A program made the position numbers and the translations under genes. From assembly GCA_040182905.1 (NCBI GenBank), contig JARQWU010000009.1, positions 1 through 54,397 on the forward strand: DNA of 54,397 nt. The letters are read 5' to 3'. Of the stretch, positions 43,206-53,854 are shown piece by piece (positions within the stretch are counted from its first letter, which is position 1; the number at the start of each line of letters is the position of its first letter). The notes beneath the pieces were generated by a model that did not search any database, was not told the DNA's origin, and saw nothing but the letters and a program-made list of their open reading frames with translations. The stretch comes from Barthelona sp. PAP020 (lineage: Eukaryota).

Positions 43206-43515
43206 CAAAAAATACCGAATCAAAGAATAGTTTTGTCATTGAAGAACAAATAACAGAAAAATTCACCTTAATTACACCAATATTTTGTCCTAATTAACCC
43301 AATTCATGGAAATAAATAGAACTCATTTGCTTTTGTTCTGCTTTCTGACAAACCTATTCTTTCTTCTCAATAATTCTGATAAAAACAGGAATATGCAGAA
43401 TAATGATTTCTTGGAATTTGAATATTTACCAAATCAAAACAAAAAAACTTTTGAATGATCAAAATTTATGAAATGAGAACTTACTGAAAAAAAAAAAATA
43501 TCAACTGAAATATCA

Positions 43516-44817
43516 TCAATCAAAGACCCATTCATCCAGTATTGCACTGTCTATTGGAGTAACATCATAATCATCCGGTATGTCTTCAGTTTCATTGCCA
43601 GTAATTGAATGTTTCTCAAAAAATGCCTTGAGTTCAAGGTCTCTAAATTCTTTAAAATGAAAATATGGATCGTCTTCAGTGATTTCTTTATCAATATTTT
43701 GCATAAAATTATCTTCTTCTTGATAATATAAATCAGAAGAATTCATTCTATAAGTTTCAGGATCTCCTCGAATTCGATTCAACAAAAGCAAATTTCGTGC
43801 TTTATCTTCTCTATTATTCTTTTTATGATGGTTTTTATCAACCAATTGGTAAGGGCTTTTTTTTCTGACTGTAAAAATTAAATCTAGCGTTTTCATCAAT
43901 TTTACTTGATTTTTTTCACAATAATCCAAATATTCATCAAAATTAACTGGGTCTTCTTTTTCGTCTTCTTCTTCTTCAATTTCATTTTTCATTTTACATT
44001 CATCTGATTCAACCCCTATGTCTGAACCATAATTCATAACAAGATTATTGAAATGATAATTTATACAATCATCAAATTCATGAGCCGTTTGATGTTGAGA
44101 TTCAATATATAAAGAAAAAAAATCAAACAATTCTTTTGGATAATCATCATCATTCAAAAAAACATTTTGAAAATCTGAAAAACGTTTAAAATCTGACAAA
44201 CGAAAATCATATAAAAATTGTCTTTGAATATCATAAGGAAAAATCTTACGAAGTGCTAGTTTGGGATAATATTCTTTCAAAACATTGAATTTTAACTTCA
44301 AATCTTTTTTATTCATGTAAAATTCATTGTCAGGTGGAATAATCTTCGGTTTGTCTTCTTCAATTTCTTCATTTTCTGATTCTTCTTCTTCATCATCATT
44401 ATGAAGAATCATATCACCAGTGCACACAGGACATTTCCATTCTTCAACAGCAGGAATTTCATTCAATCTTATACAACTCAAATGAAAACAACGATTGCAA
44501 AAATCACATTCTAAGACATCTCCCCAGCCACTACATATACTACAAGGAACATTGGTGGTTTCTAACTCAGTAGCATCTTCTTCATCAACAGAAAAATCAG
44601 AATCTGAAGAATCATGAGCTGGTGAACTTTGAAAAGCATCAAAATATTCATCAAAATCATTGGAAGAAGTTGTTTCAACATTCTCAAAATCAGAATTATC
44701 TTCTTCATCAGACCATTCTGTTAATGGTTCTCTTTTCTTCTGAAAATTTGAAGAATCAATATTCTTTAATTTAATTGGAGAAACAAACTTACTTTTTGGA
44801 ACAGTAGTTCGGCCCAT
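43516..44817 (-). CDS. PHD-finger chromatin protein
   Basis: CSIC..WGDVLECDFCNRCFHLSCI.L...P....WKCPVC with acidic flanks. Confidence 0.8.
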   Translation of the reverse strand: MGRTTVPKSKFVSPIKLKNIDSSNFQKKREPLTEWSDEEDNSDFENVETTSSNDFDEYFDAFQSSPAHDSSDSDFSVDEEDATELETTNVPCSICSGWGDVLECDFCNRCFHLSCIRLNEIPAVEEWKCPVCTGDMILHNDDEEEESENEEIEEDKPKIIPPDNEFYMNKKDLKLKFNVLKEYYPKLALRKIFPYDIQRQFLYDFRLSDFKRFSDFQNVFLNDDDYPKELFDFFSLYIESQHQTAHEFDDCINYHFNNLVMNYGSDIGVESDECKMKNEIEEEEDEKEDPVNFDEYLDYCEKNQVKLMKTLDLIFTVRKKSPYQLVDKNHHKKNNREDKARNLLLLNRIRGDPETYRMNSSDLYYQEEDNFMQNIDKEITEDDPYFHFKEFRDLELKAFFEKHSITGNETEDIPDDYDVTPIDSAILDEWVFD

Positions 44818-45430
44818 CGGAAAATTATTTGGAAATTGTACAATTGAAACTGCCGGCAAAATAGAAGTGGCTTTTCATCTGTCTTTTTTTCATCAAAATT
44901 AAAAGCGAAGTGTTTTGACATCTTGACAATCATAGAAATTTAGAAAAAAGAAAAATATTGCAAAAATCCTCAAATTTGATATTCATCCTTTGTTTTCAAA
45001 ATTTTATTTATTTAATAATGAAAAGAGTTGAGTTGCAATATGATGCATAAATAATGACATCATTTTTTTTCGGTTTGTATTTTGACAAGAAAATTCTTTG
45101 CCTTCTATCTTAATGAGTAAAAATTAATCCTGATACACAAATTGTTTAAAACAAACAAATATTTTTTGTTTTAAGTGAAATTTTTACCAGATTGTCAATT
45201 AAGAAAATTTGAAAACAAAAATTATACTTAATTGAATATAATATAAACATCTTTGAACAAAATATGTGGAAAACTGCATCTTTAACTAAAAGTGGCAATG
45301 AAAATGAGAAAATCTTTGAACTATTTTCAATTTCCATTTGAGATTTTTTACTCTTAAATTTAAACTGTCAGAACCTCCGGTTGATATAGTAGTTAAAACT
45401 ACTGATGGGACAAAAAAAGAAGAACCTAAA

Positions 45431-47263
45431 ATGGTCATAAGTGGTTATCCTTATATTACTTCAGGTGAAAAGGAATTATTTAAATTAAAACATGGAAAGT
45501 TTACATGGATGATAATGACAGCAATTTCATTTGTTTTTGGTGCATTGGTTTTGTTCTTATCAACAAAAGTCCTTGGATTGAAGAATTTTCATGATGCATA
45601 CTATTTTTGTTGTTTGGGATATTTTGTTGTGTGTGCTATTGCATTACACAGTTGGGTTAAACCACCCGCCGAACCAACTTTTTTTGGATTATTATGGGCT
45701 GTTTTAAGTTTGGTTATCAGCTTTGGGATGTTCAAATTGCATGATTACTTGTTTAATGGAATTCTTATTAAAGAAAGTCTTACACTTAACAAAAATTTGG
45801 GTCACGCTTTCTTTATTATTGTTGGTTTCTTTGTTTTAGAATTAGATGGTGCTTGCTGCAAAGGTGAACTTATCAAGCACTACGCACGTAACATATTTGT
45901 TGTTCGTGTTATTTTAACCTATATTATCATGTGGTTGTGTTGGTTTATCTTTTTCGGACTTAGCCTTTGGGGATGTGGCTGTGAAGGATTGCTTGCAGGT
46001 GATTCATGTCATATTCGTACTTTTACAGTATATTCTATGTTAGCCGTTGTACAATGGATGATTATGGGATGTTTATTCATCCCTTATGTGTGGAAAAATT
46101 ACATTGATAGAAAAAGATGGAATGCAAAAGACCAATTTAAAGGAACCTTTGGATTTGTTTTTGCTTTTGGAATCTCTTTTACCTTTTTAACTTTTGGTAT
46201 TTTAAGTGTTGTTTTAGATCATGTTGATCGAACTGATTTAATGCATCATGTTATTCATTTAGGATCTTATCCTATTGTTCCTTTGGTTGTCATGGGTAAT
46301 TTTTCTCAAAAGTTGAAAAAAGAAAAATTTTTTGCAAACAAAGATGAGTTAACCAAAGCATTAATTCTCACATGTATTGTTTTGTTATTCTCTGTTTTGA
46401 GTTATTTTGTTTTCCATTTGATTATTCTTCCTTTAAACATTTTTGAAACTGTGCGTGATGGTGTTACCATGCCATGGTACAATAATCATGATCTTGTTTG
46501 GAATTTCACTGTTGGTTTACCAAGTATCCTTTTATCTTGGTTCTGTTCTAAGGCTGGATTTGTAAAGAAAGTTGAAGAAGACCCAAGTTTGAATTATGAG
46601 ATTCCTTTCCCTTTTATTCATCTTTCAAATAAAGCCAAAGAAGTCACATTTACTGAAGAAGAAATAACCGCTTTGTACGATTTGGGACATTGTTTCTCCA
46701 AATTCCAATTTAATGAGAGTGAATTCAATATCTTAAGAAATATGATGTCTTTACGAAATTTATCTATTAAAGATGTTATGACACCTCATCATGTTGTTCA
46801 AACTGTTTCTCCTGATACTACCGTCAGACAATTAATTAATGATAATGGTGATGCCATGAGGTTCTCTAGAATTCCTTTAAAAATATCTGGACAGGATAAT
46901 ATTTCAAAGTATGTTCATCGTTTGGCTATTGTTCAAGCTTTGAAGAAGAACGAATTAGATATTCCCCTTATTGACATTGCAAATGATGTGCAAACTTATG
47001 ATGAAGTTACTGAATTAAGAACAGTTTTGAACAATATGTTTTCTTCTCGCAATCCTTTATTCATTGTTAGAGATAGTTTCCACAGTTGGGCTGGTATTAT
47101 TACAATGGAGGATGTCTTAGAAAACATTACTGGTCGTTATGTTTCTGATGAAGATGACCCAAGTGTTGATATGAGATCTTTGGCAAGAGAACAAAGTGAA
47201 ATTTTACCCAACATTGTTCGTTCAACCACCCCAAATACCTACAATCAATTCAGTGAACAATGA
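45431..47263 (+). CDS. Multi-pass membrane protein with a C-terminal CorC/CNNM-type CBS pair
   Basis: About 11 TM segments, then EEI.AL, IKDVMTP, FSRIP, IV.D.....AGIITMEDVLE.I.G...DEDD...DMR.LAR. Start uncertain (frame open from 45338). Confidence 0.8.
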   Translation: MVISGYPYITSGEKELFKLKHGKFTWMIMTAISFVFGALVLFLSTKVLGLKNFHDAYYFCCLGYFVVCAIALHSWVKPPAEPTFFGLLWAVLSLVISFGMFKLHDYLFNGILIKESLTLNKNLGHAFFIIVGFFVLELDGACCKGELIKHYARNIFVVRVILTYIIMWLCWFIFFGLSLWGCGCEGLLAGDSCHIRTFTVYSMLAVVQWMIMGCLFIPYVWKNYIDRKRWNAKDQFKGTFGFVFAFGISFTFLTFGILSVVLDHVDRTDLMHHVIHLGSYPIVPLVVMGNFSQKLKKEKFFANKDELTKALILTCIVLLFSVLSYFVFHLIILPLNIFETVRDGVTMPWYNNHDLVWNFTVGLPSILLSWFCSKAGFVKKVEEDPSLNYEIPFPFIHLSNKAKEVTFTEEEITALYDLGHCFSKFQFNESEFNILRNMMSLRNLSIKDVMTPHHVVQTVSPDTTVRQLINDNGDAMRFSRIPLKISGQDNISKYVHRLAIVQALKKNELDIPLIDIANDVQTYDEVTELRTVLNNMFSSRNPLFIVRDSFHSWAGIITMEDVLENITGRYVSDEDDPSVDMRSLAREQSEILPNIVRSTTPNTYNQFSEQ

Positions 47264-47568
47264 CTTTTCATAATAAAGAGAAAATGTTAATTTATTTTTC
47301 GACCGGAGAACAACCTTTTTCAAAAGCATCATTCCAATTCGGTTAAAAAAAAAACACAAGTTTGAGCTTGAATTGTCATTCAAACAATACAAAAATCATT
47401 TACCCTTTAATAATAAGACTAATTGTGACAAAGAATCTTGGGCTTTTTGTTTCCTTAACAAAGAAAATCCTTCAAGATACAACAAAGAAATTAACGAAAA
47501 CAAATTTATACTAAAGAAAAATTGATAAATCAATATTTCGTTGTGATCGATATCCAAATCAGATAAAA

Positions 47569-47885
47569 TTAAAGATTTTGCATTTCACGAAGTCTCTTAA
47601 TAGTAGCACGGACAGTGTTAGCGGAACTTGAGTTAATAGAATAAGCACCACCAGCCATAACCTTGGCACATCCCTTACATTTCCAAATACCTGCAGCAGA
47701 ACGACGAACAGAATCCTTACCACAGAAAGGACAAGTGTAACGAGCATGTTGAGATACTTCAATACCTTTAACACGCTTACGAAGTGAAGAACCATAACGA
47801 GTTCCATACTTACCAACAATACCGACTTTCTTTGTGTGTTGAGCCTAACATATTAGTTTTGGATGTTAAATGTTATAAATACCAT
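47569..47885 (-). CDS. RPL37A: 60S ribosomal protein eL43; intron 47845-47882 after the ATG
   Basis: [24 protein letters not shown]...[23 protein letters not shown]....AGGAY. Confidence 0.97.
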
Positions 47886-48089
47886 TTGTTTTCGAAGAAA
47901 AAATGTGAGTTTTAATAAAATGAAAAGAGAAATTTTTCAATTTTTGTTTTTTTTTTTTTTTTTGGAATCCCTTTTAATTCTGCAATAAAACTCACAAGTT
48001 AAACAATATAAAAAAAAATGATATGAACAAATAATTATTTAATTTTTATGATATTCAAAAAAAAGAATTTACATTTTTTGAATTTTTTG

Positions 48090-49376
48090 ATGCCTCCAAA
48101 AGATATATCGAGAAGCGAATATCAAAGGATATTATTAGACCCAAAAGAACGAGAGAAATTAACTTTTCTAGACAGTTCTTTGGAAGAATTTAAAGAACAA
48201 TTAATTACAGATGATACTGTGGAAAAATCCAACAATAACAACAATTTTTTTGAACAACACTTTCCTGCTTCACATGTAAAAAAATTAAATCATCGAGGAT
48301 TGGCCACTACTTCAAAATCCATAAATGATGCACTGAATTCAATTCAAAAGAAGCATCCCCCCAATACATATTCTTCAAAACCTGAAATTGTTGAGAGAAG
48401 AGCGGCAACACCACAGACAAATATGAATAAAACACAAGATACATACACATTTCCCCAATCTCTCAAAAAAGCTTCTTTTAATGAAAATATTGTCAATGGA
48501 AATCCTTTAACAATACCAGAAATGGAATTTACTCCTGGAAAATTGATACGCTTACATTCTAATTTCTATGATGGTTCATTACCAGAATTTTCATCTGTGG
48601 CACAAGCTTCAATGAAATTAAAGGAATTTGAAATGCTAGCTGTAAGTTCGAAGAGAATAAACAATATTCAAAGAGAAGCCAAAGCTCATTATATTTGTGC
48701 ATATATATACTCCTTCATGAAGAAGCATTCAGAATGCATTTATCAACTAAGACAATTTTTAGAGTGTTGTCAATCATTGAGAGATGTTTTTGGTCAAGCT
48801 TTGGCGTTAAATGCATTAGCCATTGAACTTTTTGAAAATGAAACAGATAACCATTTAGAACAATGTTTGTCTTGTTGTGAACAACACAGATCAATTGCTG
48901 ATCCCTTAGGGAAGTATGTGGCTCATATAAATTTGGGAATTGTACATCATGCCTTAGGAAACAAAGAAAAATCGTTTTCACATTATAAACAAGCATTAAG
49001 ATATGCGTTTGAAGAAGGAAATCTTGAAAGAGAAGCTGCAGCGTGTGAAAGACTTGGAGTTTCTGTTATGTTGGAAGGGGATACTGAAAATGCTAAAGCT
49101 TTCTTTGAACGACATTTACGTTTAGCAGAAGAATTTAATTCTGCTCCTTTACAATTAACTGCTCATTTAAATTTGGCCGCTGTTCATGGAAAAGCGGGAA
49201 ATGTTACTGAATCACAGTATTATTATGCAAATGCATTGAATATTGCCAGAACAATCAGTGATCCTGATTCAAAAACAGTTCATTTGGCTAAAACTGGAGT
49301 TGCTTTGACAAGTTTGCAACAAAATTTTGACAATACGATGATGAAAATTGCCATGGCATATGGGAAAGATTCTTGA
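48090..49376 (+). CDS. TPR-repeat protein (TTC28/TTC29-like)
   Basis: Repeated A..NLG..H..LG....A...Y..AL TPR units. Confidence 0.75.
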   Translation: MPPKDISRSEYQRILLDPKEREKLTFLDSSLEEFKEQLITDDTVEKSNNNNNFFEQHFPASHVKKLNHRGLATTSKSINDALNSIQKKHPPNTYSSKPEIVERRAATPQTNMNKTQDTYTFPQSLKKASFNENIVNGNPLTIPEMEFTPGKLIRLHSNFYDGSLPEFSSVAQASMKLKEFEMLAVSSKRINNIQREAKAHYICAYIYSFMKKHSECIYQLRQFLECCQSLRDVFGQALALNALAIELFENETDNHLEQCLSCCEQHRSIADPLGKYVAHINLGIVHHALGNKEKSFSHYKQALRYAFEEGNLEREAAACERLGVSVMLEGDTENAKAFFERHLRLAEEFNSAPLQLTAHLNLAAVHGKAGNVTESQYYYANALNIARTISDPDSKTVHLAKTGVALTSLQQNFDNTMMKIAMAYGKDS

Positions 49377-49785
49377 ACATGCAAAAACACTTTAGCATAT
49401 ATTTTATTCTTTAGTCAAGTGTAAATGTACAAAATAAAAAATTTTATTATTTATTTGTTTGAAAACAAGGAGTTTTTGAGACAATTATCTTTAAAAAAAG
49501 ATGATAATAAATTGGAAAAAGGCAACATGAAAACAACAAAAAAATCTTGTCATTTTCCAAAATAAATTGAAAAGAAGATCAGTTTGAAGACAATTTGATA
49601 CAAAAAAACACAAATTAAACGTTGAAATAATTCTTTTCATTTGTTCCTTCAAAAGAAACAAAAATTTATCTTGATGTTAAATGAACAACAAATAATAAAT
49701 GACAAAAGGTCATTTCAAAAAGAAAATATGTGATGAATTAAATTTAATTCACAAAAACATACATGAACAAAAATGCACAAAAACA

Positions 49786-49974
49786 TTAATTCTTATGTAA
49801 ACATAATGATAAATATTTAGAAACGCTTCTTTGGTTGTCAAGTTTTTGAGCAGTTTGCATATTTGGAACCATATCATATGATACCTGATACTTTTCTTCA
49901 AATAGTGTTTTTAGTCGTTCAAATTGTTGTCTCAATTGTTCATCGACTGGATTTTCAGAACTTTCACTATTCAT
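49786..49974 (-). CDS. Hypothetical small protein
   Basis: 62-aa ATG ORF with helical character; no motif. Confidence 0.3.
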   Translation of the reverse strand: MNSESSENPVDEQLRQQFERLKTLFEEKYQVSYDMVPNMQTAQKLDNQRSVSKYLSLCLHKN

Positions 49975-50056
49975 TTAATAAAACAATGAAAATATAAACA
50001 ATAAATAATGTTTGTTAAAATTTACAGACGAAGATTGTCATACCGAAAAAAACAGT

Positions 50057-52786
50057 TTAATAATTAGCATCCCATTGCATCTTTTTAACATATTCAAGAA
50101 GATCACCTTCAGGTTTGGGAGCTAAGGCAAGATCCTTTTCATACAAATATTCCATGACATCACGAGCAATAATTGCAGAAACTTCACGAATGTTATCCAA
50201 ACTGGGATAAACACATCCACAGTCAAGATTTTCTTGGGGAACACAGTTAGCCAAAGCACGGGAAGCAACAGTGAATAAATCATCATCAATACACTTGGCT
50301 TGGGCAAGTAAGGCTCCAAAACCAATACCAGGGAAAACATACATGTTGTTTCCTTGACCTGGAACATGAGTGACACCATTAACAATGACTGGATCTTGAG
50401 GAGAACCAGAAGCAAAAATACAGCGTCCATCAGTCCAGTTGTAAGCTTGTTCAGCTGTACACTCCATCTTGGAAGTAGGATTAGAAAGAGAACAAATAAT
50501 TGGACGCTCACAATGAGCAGCAACTTCACGAACAATTTCTTCAGGGAAAGAATTAGGAATGGCAGAAAGACCAATAAGCATAGTAGGTCTAACCATTTTA
50601 ACCACAGACATAAGATCTGCGCATTCTTTTCCTTCACAATCTGTACGAGCAAAACGTACTTTATGTGAAGCAAGAGGGCGTCCTCCACGAGTGGTGGTAA
50701 CAAGACCTTGAGAATCCATTAAATAGAATTGCTTACGAGCCTCTTCAGGAGTAATTCCTTCATCGTCGCAAATACAACGAACAATACAGTCAGCAACACC
50801 AACACCAGCACAACCAGCACCTAAGAAAACAATACGATGATCAGACCATTTGGCTTTTAGAATCTTTTGAGCTCCAAGAAGTCCACCAAGAATGACACAA
50901 CCAGTTCCTTGAATATCATCGTTGAAAGTACGAGTAGACAAACGATAATCATCAAGAAGCTTAAAGGCACGATCATTGGCAAAATCTTCCCATTGAATCA
51001 CAGCTTCAGGGAAAGAAGCTGAAGCTTCTGTAATAAATTCATGAAGGAATTCGAAATATTCCTTTTCAGGAACCTTATCAACAGCATGACCAATATAATG
51101 AGGGTTAGCTTTAACTTCAGCACGACGAGTACCCATATCTAAAGCAATAGGAAGAACACGAGAAGGATCAAAACCAGCACCCACAATGTAAAGGGAAAGT
51201 TTACCAATAGGAATACCCATACCATTTACACCAATATCACCGAGACCAAGAATACGAGAACCATCGGTAACAACGATGCAATCAACCTTATGAGGCCATT
51301 GACGAAGTAAACGTCCAACACGACCCTTGTCTGTATGACTGATGTACATACCACGGAAGGAACTGGTCCAATGATCAGACCAAGAAACGCAGGCAGCACC
51401 AACAGTGGGGGTATAAACGATAGGCATAAGTTCGGCAGGGTGATCAAGAACAAGACGATAGAACAAAACTTCATTGTGATTTTGAAGATGACGAAGGAAC
51501 ATAAATTGGTTCATCATCTTTTTACTCTTATCAGGATGATCACAAAGAGTGTGCATAGATTTATAAGCACGATCAACTTGTTGCTCAATAGTTTCAATTT
51601 TAGGAGGAAGGAAACCAACAATACCCAATTGTTCACGTTCAATCTCAGTAAAAGCTGTATCTCTATTCATTGAAGGATCACGCAAGACTTGAGGGTCATG
51701 TTGATGAGTAACTCTACCATGCTTGTAAACATCATTTGTTGAACAAGTTGGAGCACGATAATTTGAATAATCACGATCTCCCATAAAAGCATCAGCTTGT
51801 TCACGTTCTTCGATAAGCTCAGCAGCAGAAGCTTCAATTTTTTCACGTAACCAATCACATTGTTCAAAATCTTCAATAACTACGTATTTCCCCATTCCAT
51901 CACAAATAACAGGAAGAGAAAAGAAAAGACCAGCAGGAAGTCCATAAACTATACCATCAGTGAAGACACCCATACAAGTGAAAAAACCAGGTTTAGAACC
52001 ATTGATTAAATCATCAGTATGAGAAATAATTGCAGCAGTGGCAGAACCAGCGGCAGAAGCTCCACGATTTTTCAAAACAACTGTTCCACGGGAAGCGACG
52101 AAAGGTATCAGCTCTCTTTCAATGAAATCTAAATCAACTTCTCCAACAACATCTTTCCATTCGTTTTTAGATCTATATTTGGCATAAGAAACATCAGCAA
52201 CTTGAGTATTTGAATGATTACCCCAAATAATTACGTTTTCTACATCAATTACATCATGATGAATCATTTCAGCAAGTTTAGCCCTTGCACGATTAACATC
52301 AAGCCTTGAGAGAACGGTGAAATTCTCTAAAGGAATTTTTGGTGCATTAGAAGCACATATAAGAGCATTAGTATTGCAAGGATTTCCAACAACAACAACC
52401 TTACAATCTTCATTGGCATATTTATTCAAATATGAACCAGCCAATTTGAAAATTTCGCCATTAGAAACAAGGAGATCCTTGCGAAGCATTCCAGAAGCAC
52501 GAGCACGAGCTCCAATCAATAAGGCAATATCAATACCTCCATAGGCTTCTTGTGGATCAGTTGTAGCAACAATACCACGAAGTAAAGTGCAACAAGCATC
52601 CTTCAATTCCATAACCAAAGCATTCAATCGATCAATCTTTGCAGGTGATTCGAGAAGATGAAGAACTATTTCTTGATTTGCACCAAGCAAACCACCATTT
52701 GCAAGTTGAAACACAAGATTATATCCAATGGTACCGGAAGCTCCAGTAAGAAGAATATGACAAGGTCTGTGATATATGGGATTCAT
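50057..52786 (-). CDS. Malate dehydrogenase-malic enzyme fusion (909 aa)
   Basis: MDH half (~51780-52786): TGASGTIG, R..GM.RKDLL..N, VVGNPCNTN, SRLD.NRA, IWGNHS.TQ. ME half (~50057-51690): PIVYTPTVG, VTDGSRILGLGD.G, IPIGKL.LY, QWEDF, FNDDIQGTG, GAG.AG.G, LSNPT, GQGNN.YVFPG. Confidence 0.96.
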   Translation of the reverse strand: MNPIYHRPCHILLTGASGTIGYNLVFQLANGGLLGANQEIVLHLLESPAKIDRLNALVMELKDACCTLLRGIVATTDPQEAYGGIDIALLIGARARASGMLRKDLLVSNGEIFKLAGSYLNKYANEDCKVVVVGNPCNTNALICASNAPKIPLENFTVLSRLDVNRARAKLAEMIHHDVIDVENVIIWGNHSNTQVADVSYAKYRSKNEWKDVVGEVDLDFIERELIPFVASRGTVVLKNRGASAAGSATAAIISHTDDLINGSKPGFFTCMGVFTDGIVYGLPAGLFFSLPVICDGMGKYVVIEDFEQCDWLREKIEASAAELIEEREQADAFMGDRDYSNYRAPTCSTNDVYKHGRVTHQHDPQVLRDPSMNRDTAFTEIEREQLGIVGFLPPKIETIEQQVDRAYKSMHTLCDHPDKSKKMMNQFMFLRHLQNHNEVLFYRLVLDHPAELMPIVYTPTVGAACVSWSDHWTSSFRGMYISHTDKGRVGRLLRQWPHKVDCIVVTDGSRILGLGDIGVNGMGIPIGKLSLYIVGAGFDPSRVLPIALDMGTRRAEVKANPHYIGHAVDKVPEKEYFEFLHEFITEASASFPEAVIQWEDFANDRAFKLLDDYRLSTRTFNDDIQGTGCVILGGLLGAQKILKAKWSDHRIVFLGAGCAGVGVADCIVRCICDDEGITPEEARKQFYLMDSQGLVTTTRGGRPLASHKVRFARTDCEGKECADLMSVVKMVRPTMLIGLSAIPNSFPEEIVREVAAHCERPIICSLSNPTSKMECTAEQAYNWTDGRCIFASGSPQDPVIVNGVTHVPGQGNNMYVFPGIGFGALLAQAKCIDDDLFTVASRALANCVPQENLDCGCVYPSLDNIREVSAIIARDVMEYLYEKDLALAPKPEGDLLEYVKKMQWDANY

Positions 52787-52857
52787 AACAAAGTAAATAA
52801 ATGCTTTTCAATCAAAAAATCAAATCTGTTAAAATTCACAAGCTGGAATTGACCAGA

Positions 52858-52933
52858 CCATCAGAGCTGTAACTTGGTTTGGTATTTTTTTTTCAGATTT
52901 AAATCCAATAATTAAGTATTATCATCATTTGGA
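52858..52933 (-). ncRNA. Candidate box C/D snoRNA
   Basis: Minus strand: CCA-A-ATGATGA ... internal CTGA ... CTGA-TGG over about 70 nt; no clear C' box and no target assigned. Confidence 0.3.
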
Positions 52934-53120
52934 ATAATTTTAAGTGACATAATTCACTCAAAATGTGATTAATCTTCAAGAAAAAATAAAATGTCGTGAT
53001 TTAAATGAGATCAAACTCTCTCAGAAATAGTTTATTTTTCACAAAAAAAGGTTTTCAAAAGCTAAATAATAGAGATATCAAAATTATTTCCAAAAAAATA
53101 AAATAAAATAAAAAGTTTTT

Positions 53121-53801
53121 ATGTCCTCTTCACCTGTTCAACAATTGTTAGACACTAACAATTCTGTTAAGAATAAGGATTATAACTTACCAGAATTTAA
53201 AACTTCATGGTTATTATTGCAATATAGCAAATATTTAGAATGTCCTCCTTCAGGTGTATGGATTCTACCTCAACGAAATAATTTGAATGAGTGGGATGGT
53301 GTTATTTTTGTTAGAAAGGGTTATTGGGCGACAGGAATCTTTAAATTCCATATACAGTTTACTCTTGAATATCCAAATTCTCCCCCACTTGTATCGTTTT
53401 TACCTCCAATATTTCATCCATTAGTCAACGTGTTAGATGAAACACTTGATTCTTCAACCATTTTTAGAAATTATCAAGTTGAATCTAATCACATTCAAGA
53501 TATTGCTCATTTTATACACAGTATGTTTTATTCAATAGATAATTTAAATCCTAATGAAATTGTTAATCAAGAATGCTATCAATTGTTTGAAAATAATCAC
53601 GAATTGTTTGTGGATCGTTGTAAATCAGTGGCAAAATCTTCTCAACAAAGTGTGTTTGTCAATCCTCCTGATTTTGCTATCCCATTTTCGAATGAATCAG
53701 AAAAGAATTTGAAGAAATTTCATGATTTTTTGAAAGACCAATATAAAAATTCCGTTGAGATTGGATCTAATTTTAATTTAACAGATTTTTTTGATAAATA
53801 A
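53121..53801 (+). CDS. AKTIP: AKTIP/FTS/crossbronx-like inactive E2 variant
   Basis: P.GV.I.P......W.GVIFVR.G....GIFKF.I.F...YP..PP.V.F..PIFHPLV; no catalytic Cys; NQE...L.......F. Confidence 0.8.
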   Translation: MSSSPVQQLLDTNNSVKNKDYNLPEFKTSWLLLQYSKYLECPPSGVWILPQRNNLNEWDGVIFVRKGYWATGIFKFHIQFTLEYPNSPPLVSFLPPIFHPLVNVLDETLDSSTIFRNYQVESNHIQDIAHFIHSMFYSIDNLNPNEIVNQECYQLFENNHELFVDRCKSVAKSSQQSVFVNPPDFAIPFSNESEKNLKKFHDFLKDQYKNSVEIGSNFNLTDFFDK

Positions 53802-53854
53802 TTACAATAAAAGAATTTCTTTTTATCAATAGTTTTTTTTAAAAAAATAGTGTT

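Noticed and set aside
43160..43239. Upstream ATG and a microexon for Rpn9
   Set aside because: Gives a frameshift; the ATG at 43205 with one intron yields the correct frame.
47559..47819. 86-aa minus-strand ORF from the track
   Set aside because: Wrong frame of RPL37A.
50122..50703. 193-aa overlapping ORF within the malic enzyme half, and similar antisense ORFs across the window
   Set aside because: Shadow frames produced by biased codon usage; no motifs.
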